Part shown: positions 52,626-64,000 of the stretch, piece by piece
Layout of the letters: each line of letters starts with the position of its first letter
Position numbering within the stretch: the first letter of the stretch is position 1
Source: Mobula hypostoma
Taxonomy: Eukaryota
Assembly (NCBI RefSeq): GCF_963921235.1
Contig: NC_086108.1
Span: 25,048,001-25,112,000 of the forward strand
Direction of reading: 5' to 3'
DNA: 64,000 nucleotides
The notes under the pieces: generated by a model
Told to the model about the DNA's origin: nothing
What the model saw: the letters and a program-made list of their open reading frames with translations, nothing else
Databases searched by the model: none
Translations under genes and position numbers: made by a program

Positions 52626-52862
52626 CAACACACATCAAAGTTTCTGGTGAACGCAGCAGGCCAGGCAGCATCTCTAGGAAGAGGTACAGTCGACGTTTCA
52701 GGCCGAGACCCTTTGTCAGGACACAGAGAGTCCTGACGAGGGGGTCTCGGCCTGAAACGTCGACTGTACCTCTTCCTAGAGATGCTGCCTGGCCTGCTGC
52801 GTTCACCAGCAACTTTGATGTGTGTTGCTTGAATTTCCAGCATCTGCAGAATTCTTGTTGTT
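52626..52862. mobile_element. Palindromic Penelope-type terminal repeat insertion
   Basis: About 98-bp inverted arms (52625-52722 and 52730-52828). 10-bp TSD ATGGTTTGGG (52616-25 and 52863-72). Confidence 0.88.
52729..52765 (+). ncRNA. Minimal type I hammerhead ribozyme motif
   Basis: AGTC-CTGACGA-GGG(GGTCTCGG)CCT-GAAA-CGTC^GACT: core boxes CUGANGA and GAAA, stem I AGTC/GACT, palindromic stem III ACGT, predicted cleavage after 52761. Confidence 0.75.
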
Positions 52863-53199
52863 ATGGTTTGGGGCTGCTTTGCTGCCTCAGGGCCTGGACA
52901 GCTTGCAACCATTAAGGGAGCAATGAATTCAAAATTGTATCAAGACATTTTACAGAAGAATGTCAGGGTAGCAGTCAGTCTCCTGAAGCTTAATAGAAGT
53001 TGGATAATGCAACAGAACAATGATCCGAAAGGCAAGAGCAAATCAACAACAGAATGGTTTAAAAAGAAGAAAATTTGTGTTTTGGAATGGCCGAGTCTAA
53101 GTCCTGATTTTAATCCTATAGAAATCTTGTGGAAGGACCTGAACCAAGTAGTTCATGCAAGTAAGCTCCCCAACATCCCAAATTGAAGTAGTTTTGTGA

Positions 53200-53695
53200 G
53201 GCAGAGGGTGGAACCGGCTGGGCCTGATTGCAACATTTCAGAGAAATTCTGATAACTACATGGAGGGGGTTGAGTAATGAGGGCTATGGTCTAGGTAGAT
53301 AGGACTAGTTCTGCCAAAGGGCATTTCTCTCTGCTGTAGGAGTCCATGACTCTATGACACTTTCTCTGGCAGCTGGTTCCATGTACCCACCCCATTTTGA
53401 ACAGCCTGCATTCAGATTCCCTTTAAATCTTTCCCTGCTTATCTTAAAATGTTCACCCCTTGTTTTAGACTCTCCCATCCTTGGAAGAAGACTTAGATTT
53501 TCTACCCTATATATGCTTTAATAATTTTATAAACCTGTATTTGGTCAGCCCTCAGCCTCTTTCATTCGAGGGAAACCATCTCAGCTTACCCAGCCTCTCC
53601 TTATAACATTGGCCCTCTAGTCTAGGCATCATTTCTTTAAATGTTAACTGTACCCCACTCTAGCTTCACCACATTCTTCCTATACCATGGGTTGG
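53200..53695. mobile_element. Old CR1 3' fragments in opposite orientations
   Basis: A plus-strand tail (CATGACTCTATGAC) followed by a minus-strand decayed ORF2 end. Confidence 0.55.
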
Positions 53696-54261
53696 ACCAC
53701 CCGGAGACTGTGCATGATTGTGTTTGCAGAAGTGACTAGCACACAGATGCTATGGAGACTAAGTCCCCTCTAAACACTGAGGATACCTTTCATCATTCTG
53801 AGCAGAGCTCTGCAGACGTGGTCAGAACAGACCTGGAAATTCAAATCAGGACATCCATGAGGCACTGTGATCCATTAGCAGCAGCTGTAGAAATGTCCAT
53901 CAGCTCTCTCTTCACATTATCGTGATGTGACTGACATTTCCCATTGCCATAAATATAGGTAAACCAGTTGCTAGTAGATCAGGCACTGCTATCACAAAAG
54001 GTTTGTACAATATCTTACGTTGGCTCTGTGTCCATTTCCTGACTAAATGCAGATTCAAAAAGTCCATTTAAGATCTCCTCCATGTCTTCTGACTCCATGC
54101 ATGGATGACCACAATGATCTGCCAGTGGATCAATTTTGTCCTTTGCTGTAACTTAATATATCTGTAGAAGGCCTTGGGATTCCCTTTCACTTCATCTGCC
54201 TGAGTAACCACATACTACCTTTATCCCTCCTGATTTATTTCTGAAGTATTATCTTGCATTT

Positions 54262-54355
54262 CTGATGAAGGGTTTCGGCCCAAAACATCAACTGTACTTT
54301 TTTCCATAGATGCTGCCTGGCCTGCTGAGTTCCTTTAGCATTTTGTGTGTGTTAC
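54262..54355 (+). repeat. Penelope-type terminal repeat with a decayed hammerhead
   Basis: CTGATGAAGGGTTTCGGCCCAAAACATCAACTG...GATGCTGCCTGGCCTGCTGAGTTCC, inside a minus-strand CR1 remnant. CTTGCATTTCT occurs on both sides as a probable TSD. Confidence 0.75.
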
Positions 54356-54959
54356 TCTTGCATTTCTTATATTTCTCGAGCTCCTCATTTGTTCCTTGCT
54401 GCCTATACCTGCTATTCACCTTCTTCTTCTTCTAACCATGGCTTAACCCTCAAAAATTAAGGTTCAACCTTGGGAAACCCTAAACCAGTATTTTATTTTT
54501 AAATTTTTAAAAATTTTTTAAAAAAGAATGCATTATTTATTTATTTTTAAATCCGGTATCACACACTCTCGAGTTGGTATCTCTATATATTAAGGAAACT
54601 TTCCTGAACACAGTTGATAGACTCTCCCATCTAGTCCTTTTGCAGTTAGGAGATAAGTGATAACAAGTCTGGCTGAGCCTTGAGAGTCATGGCTGCCTGA
54701 CTGGGAATGCAGCAGGTAACATCAACCAAACCAAGGGATAAATATAGTTGTTAGCATCCTCACCAAACTATCTGTGAGACTCATGAAGTTATACTACATT
54801 GTAGCAGCCCAATAGTCCAACTTGTCCATGCTGACTGAGATGCCTGTCCACACTAATCCCTTTTGCTCAGGTTTGGCTAATATCTCACTAAACTTTTTCT
54901 ATTCAAGTACCTGTCCAGATATCTTTTAAATGTGGTTGTACCTCTCTGCCATAATGTGT

Positions 54960-55960
54960 AATGGGTGTTGGGTGCTAGGTTAAAGGAAAGGATCTCCAAG
55001 GTGGTGACCTCAGGATTACTACCTGTGCCTCATTCTATTGAGGTCAGAAATAGGAAAATGATCATTTTATCATGTAGATAAGGAGAAGGTGCAGGGGAGA
55101 GAGCTCCAGATTTTTGGATCACTGTGTTCTCTTCCAGAAAAGGTAGGACTTGTACAAATGGCATAGTTTACACCTGAATTGGAGTGGAAGCGTTACTCTT
55201 ACAAGAAAGTTTGCTGGTGCTGCTCCAGGGATTTTAAACTAGAGATGCAGGGTAATGGGAATTAGAATACCAGGCTAGCTATTAGAGCGTTTGTGGAGAA
55301 AGTTGAAATACAAAGACGGACACTGAAAGATTGAGCATGGCAAGACTAATGCTTTGAATTGAATCTGTTTCAATGCAAGGGGTATTGTTGGTAAGGCATG
55401 AGGAACTATGATATTGTAGCCATTAGTGAAACTTGGTTACCGGAGGGGCAGGACTGGCAGCTCATTGTTCCAGGGTTCTGTTGTTCACGACCTAATAGAG
55501 GGGATGGTATTAAATGGGGAGTGTGGCATTACTAGTCAGGGAAAATGTCAAGGCAGTGCTCAGGCAGGACAGACTGGAGGACTTGTCTACTGAAGCCATA
55601 TCAGGGGAACTGAGGAATAACTAACCACACTAATGGGATTATATTATAGACCACCAAAAATTCTGTGGAATTTAGAAAAGCAAATTTGTAGAGAGATCAT
55701 AGACTGCTGCAAGAAACATAAGGTTGTGATAGTGGGTGATTTTAACTCCACATATTGACTGGAAATCCTACACTATAAAAGGGCTAGATCAGACAGAGAT
55801 CGTCAAATGTGTCAGAAAAGTTTCTAATGTCCATGTTAATGGGATCATTATATAGACCTTCCATTAGTCAGCAAGATTTCGAGGAGCTAATTTGTAGTAA
55901 GATAGCAAACAGCTACAAGATAAACAAGCTTGTAATAGTAGGTAATTTTAACTTTCCACT
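54960..55960 (+). mobile_element. Old CR1 5'/endonuclease region
   Basis: FNARGI, DIVAISETWL, YYRPP and VGDFN remnants. The YYRP..GNFN block recurs at about 55835-55960. Confidence 0.75.
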
Positions 55961-56195
55961 GATTGGTTGCTTCAGTCATTAACTATTGTATACCCAGTCT
56001 GGTAGCCATGAACCTCAAAGCTCAGCCAGACTGGTCATCAGTGGGGACATCAAACTGATCTTGGTGATGGACATTAAAGACCCCAACTAGGGTATATTCT
56101 GTGTCCTTCCAACTGTCATTCAACATGGGGAAGCCTGGATCCATCAGCTAGGAGAGGTATAAAAGTGTTTTATGTGGTCTGGAGTCAACATTATA

Positions 56196-56268
56196 CGGTA
56201 CTGTGCAAAAATCTTCAGTCCATATATATGAATATAGCTAGGGTACCTTAGACTTTTGTATAGCACTG
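56196..56268. mobile_element. TIR-only Tc1-like mini element
   Basis: TA|CGGTACTGTGCAAAAATCTT...AGACTTTTGTATAGCACTG|TA. Confidence 0.7.
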
Positions 56269-56600
56269 TAGGCTGTGTTTTATATCATTTCTTGTGTGGG
56301 TTAATTTTGATTTGACTTGAATGAGAGGGCCGGGGATTGTTACGTGTAGAGGGTGGTTGATTGTTATCGTGGCTGTTTTTGCTGCTGGCGAGGGTGATAT
56401 TTTGGGGTCTACAAGTTTTGTTTCTTTTCTTTTTTAGACAAATATCAAAGTTGTATCATACAAATGTACTCTGACAACAAAACCCTTTTGAAGTACACGG
56501 TGGAAAGACATCCATCTGCATCCACTCTTTATTTGCCCTTGAAACAGCAATATCTATGAGACTTAAGTATTCGTTATTATTGGTAAACATTTTGTAAATA

Positions 56601-56663
56601 CAGTACTGTGCAAATGTTTAAGGCACCCTAGCTCTATACATATGCCTAAGCCTTTTAGTACTG
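56601..56663. mobile_element. TIR-only Tc1-like mini element
   Basis: TA|CAGTACTGTGCAAATGTTTAAGGCAC...TGCCTAAGCCTTTTAGTACTG|TA. Confidence 0.7.
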
Positions 56664-57699
56664 TAGATTCCCAGGACTGCTGCCTCTTGCCCATATACCA
56701 ATGTGCTGCCACCTCTGAATCATCAGTCCAGTCTGTGCAACAAAATATGGCCAAGATTGTGATGGCGCACCGTATTTCTTGTGAGGTGTTGTTCTTCAAA
56801 GACAACTATGACAGACCTACTTGATTAGTCTATGGGACAACTCTCCCAATTAAAAATCCAGTTCCCAAATATTTATAATGAGGATTTTTAAAGATTGACT
56901 GGACTGGGCTGTCATGTTTAAATTCAGGTCTTTGGTCAGCACAAGATTTCAATTCTCGCTGCTTTAACGTAGTAGTACTGATACATCTGAATGGCTTCAT
57001 AGACTACTTGGGATAAATTATAAATTGGGATGGTCTGGAGTCAAACTTATCAGTCAGACTAAGAGTGTTGGGTAAACTTAAAAAGAGTTTGACTGTGATA
57101 TCGTCATGAGACAACACAGACTGTTAACTTTGCATCTGAAAGCTAGACATTTGGTTAAAGTGGTATTTAGTTGCTGGTGTATGCACAATCAATTAACACT
57201 CTTGGGACACAAGAAGAGGGAATGAGTCTAGAATACTAATTTAGAAAGGCAAGAAAACAGTGTAAGTTGCTTGTTCCTCTAAATACCATGTATTAATCTT
57301 ATTACCTTAATCCATTGTTGGTGCTGTTATAAAATGAAAAGAACGAGTGCAAACTAGCAAGTAATTAATCTCAAAGACAGATGAATATTTGCTGAGGCTG
57401 AATCCTCTTTCAGCTGCAAATCTGAATAAATATAACCCTCAAAAGCTGTGAGTTTATGCTTTTGTATACTTCATTTCAGTGTGGAGAACTTTATTAACTG
57501 AATCCTTGAGAATATTATCACCAGCTTTAATAAAGCCACGGGATAAGCACAGAGCCTGATGGATCCTGACAACATGTGTCAGGTTTGGGTCAGGATAGAT
57601 GCATGTTCAGATCAACCATTCAGAGTCAGATAAGTTCTAGTTGGTTATAGCTGTTCTAGCTGGTTTATAGGTTCATCCAGGCCAGGATGATGTGGTTCT

Positions 57700-58270
57700 A
57701 GCACCATAAGGTATGTGGACTGATCTACCAGGCAAGGTGTTACAGTCAAGCACAAATACAACATTTAAAAGACATTAGGACAGGTACACGGATGGGAAAG
57801 GTTTCCAAGGATATGGGACAAGGGTAGGCAAATTCAATGCTTAGATAGGCATCTTGGTTGGGATAGATGAGTTGAATTCAATTGAATTGACCTTATTTTT
57901 TACATCCTTCATATACATGAGGAGTAAAAATCTTTACATTACATCTCCATCTAAATGTGCTATGTGCAATTTATAGTAATTTATAGTAAATCATATGTAC
58001 AACAGAACAGTAACAAGATGGTTAAATGTGAACAGTCAATATAACATAGAATTACAGTTGTGTTAGCAGTCAGGTGGCCTGGTGGAAGAAGCTGTCTTGG
58101 AGCCTGTTGGTCCTGGCTTATATGCTGCTGTACCGTTTCCCAGATAGTAGCAGCTGCAACAGTTTGTAGTTGGGGTGACTCTGGTCCTCGATGATCCTTC
58201 AGGCCCTTTTTACACACCTGTCTTTGTAAATGTTGGGCTGAATGGCCTGTTTCTGTGTTCCGTATAATTT
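57700..58270. mobile_element. CR1 3' end (+) interrupted by a Rex 3' end (-, about 57875-58225)
   Basis: The CR1 tail resumes at about 58232 (TTGGGCTGAATGGCCTGTTTCTGTG). The Rex piece encodes LPSGKRYSSI and DSFFHQA. Confidence 0.7.
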
Positions 58271-58699
58271 TATGAAATTGTGAATCAATGTGTCCTCAGT
58301 TCCATTGGTAACAACATATGGGAAGCAAAGCCAATATTTTCTGAAGATGTCTAAAGGCAGATCAGGCCAAGTATGGCAGAAGTTGTAAGTGCATGGGCTT
58401 TGTTTGCCTATTTTGAGTTTTAATTTTAAACCTAAGCAAACTTTGCAACACAATACTAATAAATATATAATCTGGAAACAAAGCAAATAATGGAGCTAAA
58501 CTGGATTTCCTCCAAAACAGCTGAGGGGATAGTAGGCATGTCTTTTTGATGTGCATCCCAACATGAATTCTGGTTGCAGTAAACAGTGCTGTTCATCACC
58601 CATACACTCCAAGAAGGGCTCCAAAATATGCCTTTAGCTAGCACTGCTTCAAATCAGCCTTCTCATAATCAAGTTTTCAACAAACTGATTTGCTTACTC

Positions 58700-59545
58700 A
58701 GCTCTGACATAAGATCTTCAATCTAAAACTGATTTTCTCTTGCCATAGATGCTGCCCGAACTGTTGAGTGTTTCTGCATTTTCTGTTTTAATTTCACCCT
58801 GCGATGCACTGTGCTTGGAGTAGACCCAGAAGTTCTCTGCTCAGTTTAGAACGGGACTGGGAAGATAAACAACTGCAGATGCAGGAAATGTAGAATTAAA
58901 CAAAAATAAATTGCTGAAGATGCTCAGCAGGTCAGGCAGTGCCTGTGAAGAGAGAAAAAGAGTTAACTTTTCAAACTGGTGACATTTCATCAGAGGAAGG
59001 ACTCATGGTTCATGAGAGCAGGCATTCAGATTTTCTGATGCAGGAGTGAAATGAGGAGTGATGCTCTTCATTCCATGCAGGCAGATAGAAAGTGGGGGAC
59101 AGTGGTGAAGGATGGGGGTCAGTGGTGTTGAGAGGCCCTTCAGTAAAAAGCCATGATCTCCAAGGACCAATAGGAATTCATTGACCTTATCCAAAATGCC
59201 AAGATTAAGGAATGCTTTTTTTTCAAATTCAATGCCCAGGATGATCTATGTAGCTCAGGGTCCACTCGATTCACCATACCCTAAAAATTCACCAATCACA
59301 ACTTGATTTCACACTCGCTGGTACTGCTGATGCAGATATCTTGGAGAATAATATAGCATCAAATTCTGTGAGTTTCCAGAAGTTGGAGCAAGGTGGCATG
59401 CTGGAAATCTGTATCAAAAGGCTGGAGGAACTGTGAAGGTCAGAACAGATGAATGGGTCTTGGCCTGAAATGATGATAGTTTTCCTCCACAGATGTTATC
59501 TGACTTGCTGAGTTCCTCCAACCTTCTGTGTGTGTGTTACTCAAG
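58700..59545. repeat. Cluster of decayed Penelope-type terminal repeats
   Basis: Copies at about 58700-58800 (+), 58870-59000 (-) and 59395-59545 (inverted pair). Confidence 0.55.
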
Positions 59546-60679
59546 GTAGCAATAAGAGTGGTTGTGCTGGCTCTACTGGGGAAGCTCGACTGCAGAGGAC
59601 AGAGGATCTGATTAGGTTAGACTTCATAAAAAGCTGAAAGGAATGCACAGAGAAATACTTGGTGCAACAGGAATAGACAAAAATAGGAATAGGCTATTCA
59701 TGCCTCTGCTACCATTCAATAACATCATGGCTGACCTCATACCTCATTTCCTAGGTTAATCCCATACCTGAAGCCTATAACACTACACTCCTTGGAAAGA
59801 GATAGGTTAATGTTACACCCAAAGGCCATCCATCAAGATCTGCAGTGCCACACATTTGCACTTGGTTCTATTCCAGCATTCAAATGCACATCTCATACTT
59901 CATACACCTCTCCAACTGTTCAGCTGGGGCTACCATATCAGACACACCTTCACTGACACTCACCTTCTGCCCCCACAGCAGAAAGTTGCTGACATTGGTA
60001 GACCATTTGACTATGCAGGAGACTGGAGTGCCCTAACTTGCCGATAGGCTCAAGTGTTTGGAAGAGAGGGTGCTGGCAATCACAGTGCAACTTACAAATA
60101 TTTTCTTAAGAGTCAGCTTTATTTTCTTAGAGCCAGAATTATTTTCTTACAGCCAGCTTTGAAAACAAAAAAAAATCTGTGATATATGTCTTCTACTAAC
60201 ATTCTATTCTCTGTTTCCCCTTATCAATTTCTCCCTCTTTGAAATGAATGACCCTGCCAGTTTTGCACAATACCCAATCAGTCACCTCATGAGCACAAGT
60301 GGTCATGGTCCCTCAAACGGCAATGCGTAAACTTCACCTGATACCTGGGACAATTCCGTGCCATGAAAATTGTAAATGATAAGTGTCACAGGCTGGGTTG
60401 TTGGAATCAAGAGGAATCCTTAAATTGGGGTCCAACATTGAATATTCTCTGTAATTACTTCCCCAGAGAGATCACTTCTTGTAAGAAGTGCACCTCTGGT
60501 AAAAACAATTACAGTCTTTCATTTAAGATACTTTCATGACAGGAAGGAAAGGGTGTATTTCTTGTTGCACTTTTTCTATCTGTCCATGTCTATTGTTCTT
60601 ACTTGACCTGAAACAGCAGTACCATTGCTGTGACTGGCAAAATTTGCAAATCATATAGTATCCTTAGCATAATATAGAC

Positions 60680-62907
60680 ACATAGAAACATAGAAAATAG
60701 GTGCAGGAGTAGGCCATTCGGCCCTTCGAGCCTGCACCGCCATTTATTATGATCATGGCTGATCATCCAACTCAGAACCCTGCCCCAGCCTTCCCTCCAT
60801 ACCCCCTGATCCCCGTAGCCACAAGGGCCATATCTAACTCCCTCTTAAATATAGCCAATGAACTGGCCTCAACTGTTTCCAGTGGCAGAGAATTCCACAG
60901 ATTCACCACTCTCTGTGTGAAGAAGTTTTTCCTAATCTCGGTCCTAAAAGGCTTCCCCTTTATCCTCAAACTGTGACCCTTCGTTCTGGACTTCCCCAAC
61001 ATCGGGAACAATCTTCCTGCATCTAGCCTGTCCAATCCCTTTAGGATTTTATACGTTTCAATCAGATCCCCCCTCAATCTTCTAAATTCCAATGAGTACA
61101 AGCCCAGTTCATCCAGTCTTTCTTCATATGAAAGTCCTGCCATCCCAGGAATCAATCTGGTGAACCTTCTTTGTACTCCCTCTATGGCAAGGATGTCTTT
61201 CCTCAGATTAGGGGACCAAAACTGCACACAATACTCCAGGTGCGGTCTCACCAAGGCCTTGTACAACTGCAGTAGTACCTCCCTGCTCCTGTACTCAAAT
61301 CCTCTCGCTATAAATGCCAGCATACCATTCGCCTTTTTCACCGACGGCTGTAACTGCATGCCCACTTTCAATGACTGGTGTATAATGACACCCAGGTCTC
61401 GTTGCACCTCCCCTTTTCCTAATCAGCCACCATTCAGATAATAATCTGTTTTCCTATTTTTGCCACCAAAGTGGATAACTTCACATTTATCCACATTAAA
61501 TTGCATCTGCCATGATTTTGCCCACTCATCCAACCTATCCAAGTCACTCTGCATCCTCTTAGCATCCTCCTCAGAGCTAACACTGCCACCCAGCTTCGTG
61601 TCATCTGCAAATTGGAGATGCTGCATTTAATTCCCTCATCCAAGTCATTAATATATATTGTAAACAACTGGGGTCCCAGCACTGAGCCTTGCGGTACCCC
61701 ACTAGTCACCGCCTGCCATTCTGAAAAGGTCCCGTTTATTCCCACTCTTTGCTTCCTGTCTGCTAACCAATTCTCTATCCGCATCAATACCTTACCCCCA
61801 ATACCGTGTGCTTTAAGTTTGCACATTAATCTCCTGTGTGGGACCTTGTCAAAAGCCTTTTGAAAATCCAAATATACCACATCCACTGGCTCTCCCCTAT
61901 CCACTCTACTAGTTACATCCTCAAAAAATTCTATGAGATTCGTCAGACATGATTTTCCTTTCACAAATCCATGCTGACTTTGTCCGATGATTTCACCACT
62001 TTCCAAATGTGCTGTTATCACATTTTTGATAACTGACTCCAGCAGTTTCCCCACCACCGACGTTAGGCTAACCGGTCTATAATTCCCCGGTTTCTCTCTC
62101 CCTCCTTTTTTAAAAAATGGGGTTACATTAGCCACCCTCCAATCCTCAGGAACTAGTCCAGAATCTAACGAGTTTTGAAAAATTATCACTAATGCATCCA
62201 CTATTTCTTGGGCTACTTCCTTAAGCACTCTGGGATGCAGACCATCTGGCCCTGGGGATTTATCTGCCTTCAATCCCTTCAATTTACCTAACACCACTTC
62301 CCTACTAACATGTATTTCGCTCAGTTCCTCCAACTCACTGGACCCTCTGTCCCCTACTATTTCTGGAAGATTATTTATGTCCTCCTTAGTGAAGACAGAA
62401 CCAAAGTAATTATTCAATTGGTCTGCCATGTCCTTGCTCCCCATAATCAATTCACCTCTTTCTGTCTGTAGGGGACCTACATTCGTCTTTACCAGTCTTT
62501 TCCTTTTTTTAACATATCTATAAAAGCTTTTACAGTCAGTTTTTATGTTCCCTGCCAGTTTTCTCTCATAATCTTCTTTCCCCTTCCTAATTAAGCCCTT
62601 TGTCCTCCTCTGCTGAACTCTGAATTTCTCCCAGTCCTCAGGTGAGCCACTTTCTCTGGCTAATTTGTATGCTTCTTCTTTGGAATTGATACTATCTCTA
62701 ATTTCCCTTGTCAGCCACGGGTGCACTACCTTCCTTGATTTATTCTTTTGCCAAACTGGGATGAACAATTGTTGTAGTTCATCCATGCAATCTTTAAATG
62801 CTTGCCATTGCATATCCACCGTCAATCCTTTAAGTGTCATTTGCCAGTCTATCTTAGCTAATTCACGTCTCATACCTTCAAAGTTACCCCTCTTTAAGTT
62901 CAGAACC
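60680..62907 (-). mobile_element. Young CR1-type LINE, 5'-truncated
   Basis: Long ORF2 segment in ORFs 61434-62999, 61423-61626 and 60772-61407, with only about two frameshifts. (ACATAGAA)n tail. Confidence 0.96.
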
Positions 62908-64000
62908 TGACAATACCTGTTACAAATGAGGTCCAAAGCTCTAGTAATGGGAATCCAAATACCAAAATATCCAGAATTTATCTGATTTGATGACTCCACT
63001 CTGAAATCTATTAAAATCTCAAAGAAAAAACTGACATCATTTGCTTTTCCATTTGAGTGACAGTTAATTATTTCTTTATTGAATTAGAAGTTAGCTTTAC
63101 AAGCTTCATGGCAATATCTACCTATCTCGCAGAGTAATGATAAAACACAAAAAGCACTGAGTCAAAAAGGCAGTAACTGACCAATTCCTGCTTTGGCCCC
63201 TTTCCTGTTTAGTGAGATTTCTCCTAATTTGTAATCCAACTCCACATTACAACGTTTTTCATAGAGCTTTCCTTCTTAAATATCTGTCAGCTTCAGGTTC
63301 AAGATTAACCCCTAACTGATATCAACTGAGGCACCTAAAGACATGGAGAAAATGAGGGGGAATCTGGAAAAAAAGTTCAGTGTAAATGTACAGCACCATC
63401 CACTGAACATGTGAATGAGGTAACAATTTTCACTCAGAGGCTTGTAGGTCTTTGAAGCTCTTCCCCAAAGGATGATGGACGAAGTACCTTTGAATATTCT
63501 TAAATCAAAATTAGATAGATTCTCATTAAGCATGGAGAGGTGATAGGTAACCTGTGATTAAAAAAAAAGGATGCAGAGTTGTGTCTACAGTCAGATCAGT
63601 CAAGATCTTATTGATTGAAAGAGTAGGCTTAAAGGGAAGAGTGAGCAACCTGCTTTTCACTCATATGCACCTGCTATTTGTGTTAAAGAATTTGAAACAC
63701 CCTTAACCCTGTACGTACAAGCATCTCTTAATTTCACTTCTAACTCTGAAATTATGATTCTTACCCTAAGACATCCAAATAGTAGAAATATTGGAAATTA
63801 AATTAGTAAACAAGCATTAGGCTGGAAACCTAAAATAAAAACATGAAAGACTAGAATGAAGTTCTGACAAAGCGTCTTCTACCTGCAACAGGAACACCGT
63901 CATTCCCTTTGATGTTCTCTGACTGCTAAGTATTTCTAGTATTATGGATAAATATATACAAAAGATTCTGCAGGTGCTGGAAATGAAGCCCAACATATAC

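Larger units (their letters stand above)
51668..53200 (+). mobile_element. Tc1-like transposon, right end lost
   Basis: TA|CAGTGGTACTGGAATGTTTGGGAA left TIR. Transposase starts at ATG 52035 (MSQSKQLSEDLR) and retains WTD, KHGGRSIMVW|GCF, QQNNDPK and WPSLSPDFNPIE. Confidence 0.92.

Noticed and set aside
52529..52915. ORFs on both strands with repeated peptides
   Set aside because: They are a direct consequence of the DNA palindrome.
60290..60515. Exon-like stretch on the minus strand (TTTTTACCAG|AGGTGC...)
   Set aside because: All three frames hit stops within about 80 nt, the donor is weak and the peptide is unrecognisable.
1..64000. CRISPR arrays, operons, tRNA/rRNA genes, or prokaryotic retron/defence systems suggested by the many RT ORFs
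   Set aside because: There are no regularly spaced repeat-spacer arrays or structural RNA genes. All RT fragments belong to eukaryotic CR1, Rex/Babar, L1 or Gypsy elements.

Overview
This is eukaryotic, repeat-dominated DNA. The repeat families suggest a cartilaginous fish (ray/shark), which is an inference. I could not identify an intact host gene, RNA gene or CRISPR array. Well over half the window is transposable-element sequence: many CR1-type and Rex/Babar-type LINE copies, one L1, tRNA- and Deu-type SINE remnants, Penelope-type terminal repeats, Tc1 and pogo/Tigger DNA transposons, a two-LTR Gmr1-like Gypsy element (20319-25272) and an Academ-type DNA transposon (40250-49923) holding a four-level nest. 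Most six-frame ORFs are TE fragments or their antisense shadows. The most notable observations are: (1) a young palindromic Penelope-type insert with a 10-bp TSD carrying minimal hammerhead-ribozyme motifs on both strands; (2) a Tigger element that appears very close to mammalian MER2/MER2B, a possible horizontal transfer; (3) a Gmr1-like element whose pol has shrunk to an in-frame domain mosaic; (4) an inverted pair of Deu-SINE copies sharing private changes; (5) a templated-insertion repair scar at an L1/Rex junction. Family names come from recalled motifs, not database searches. Boundaries of old, degenerate copies are approximate.
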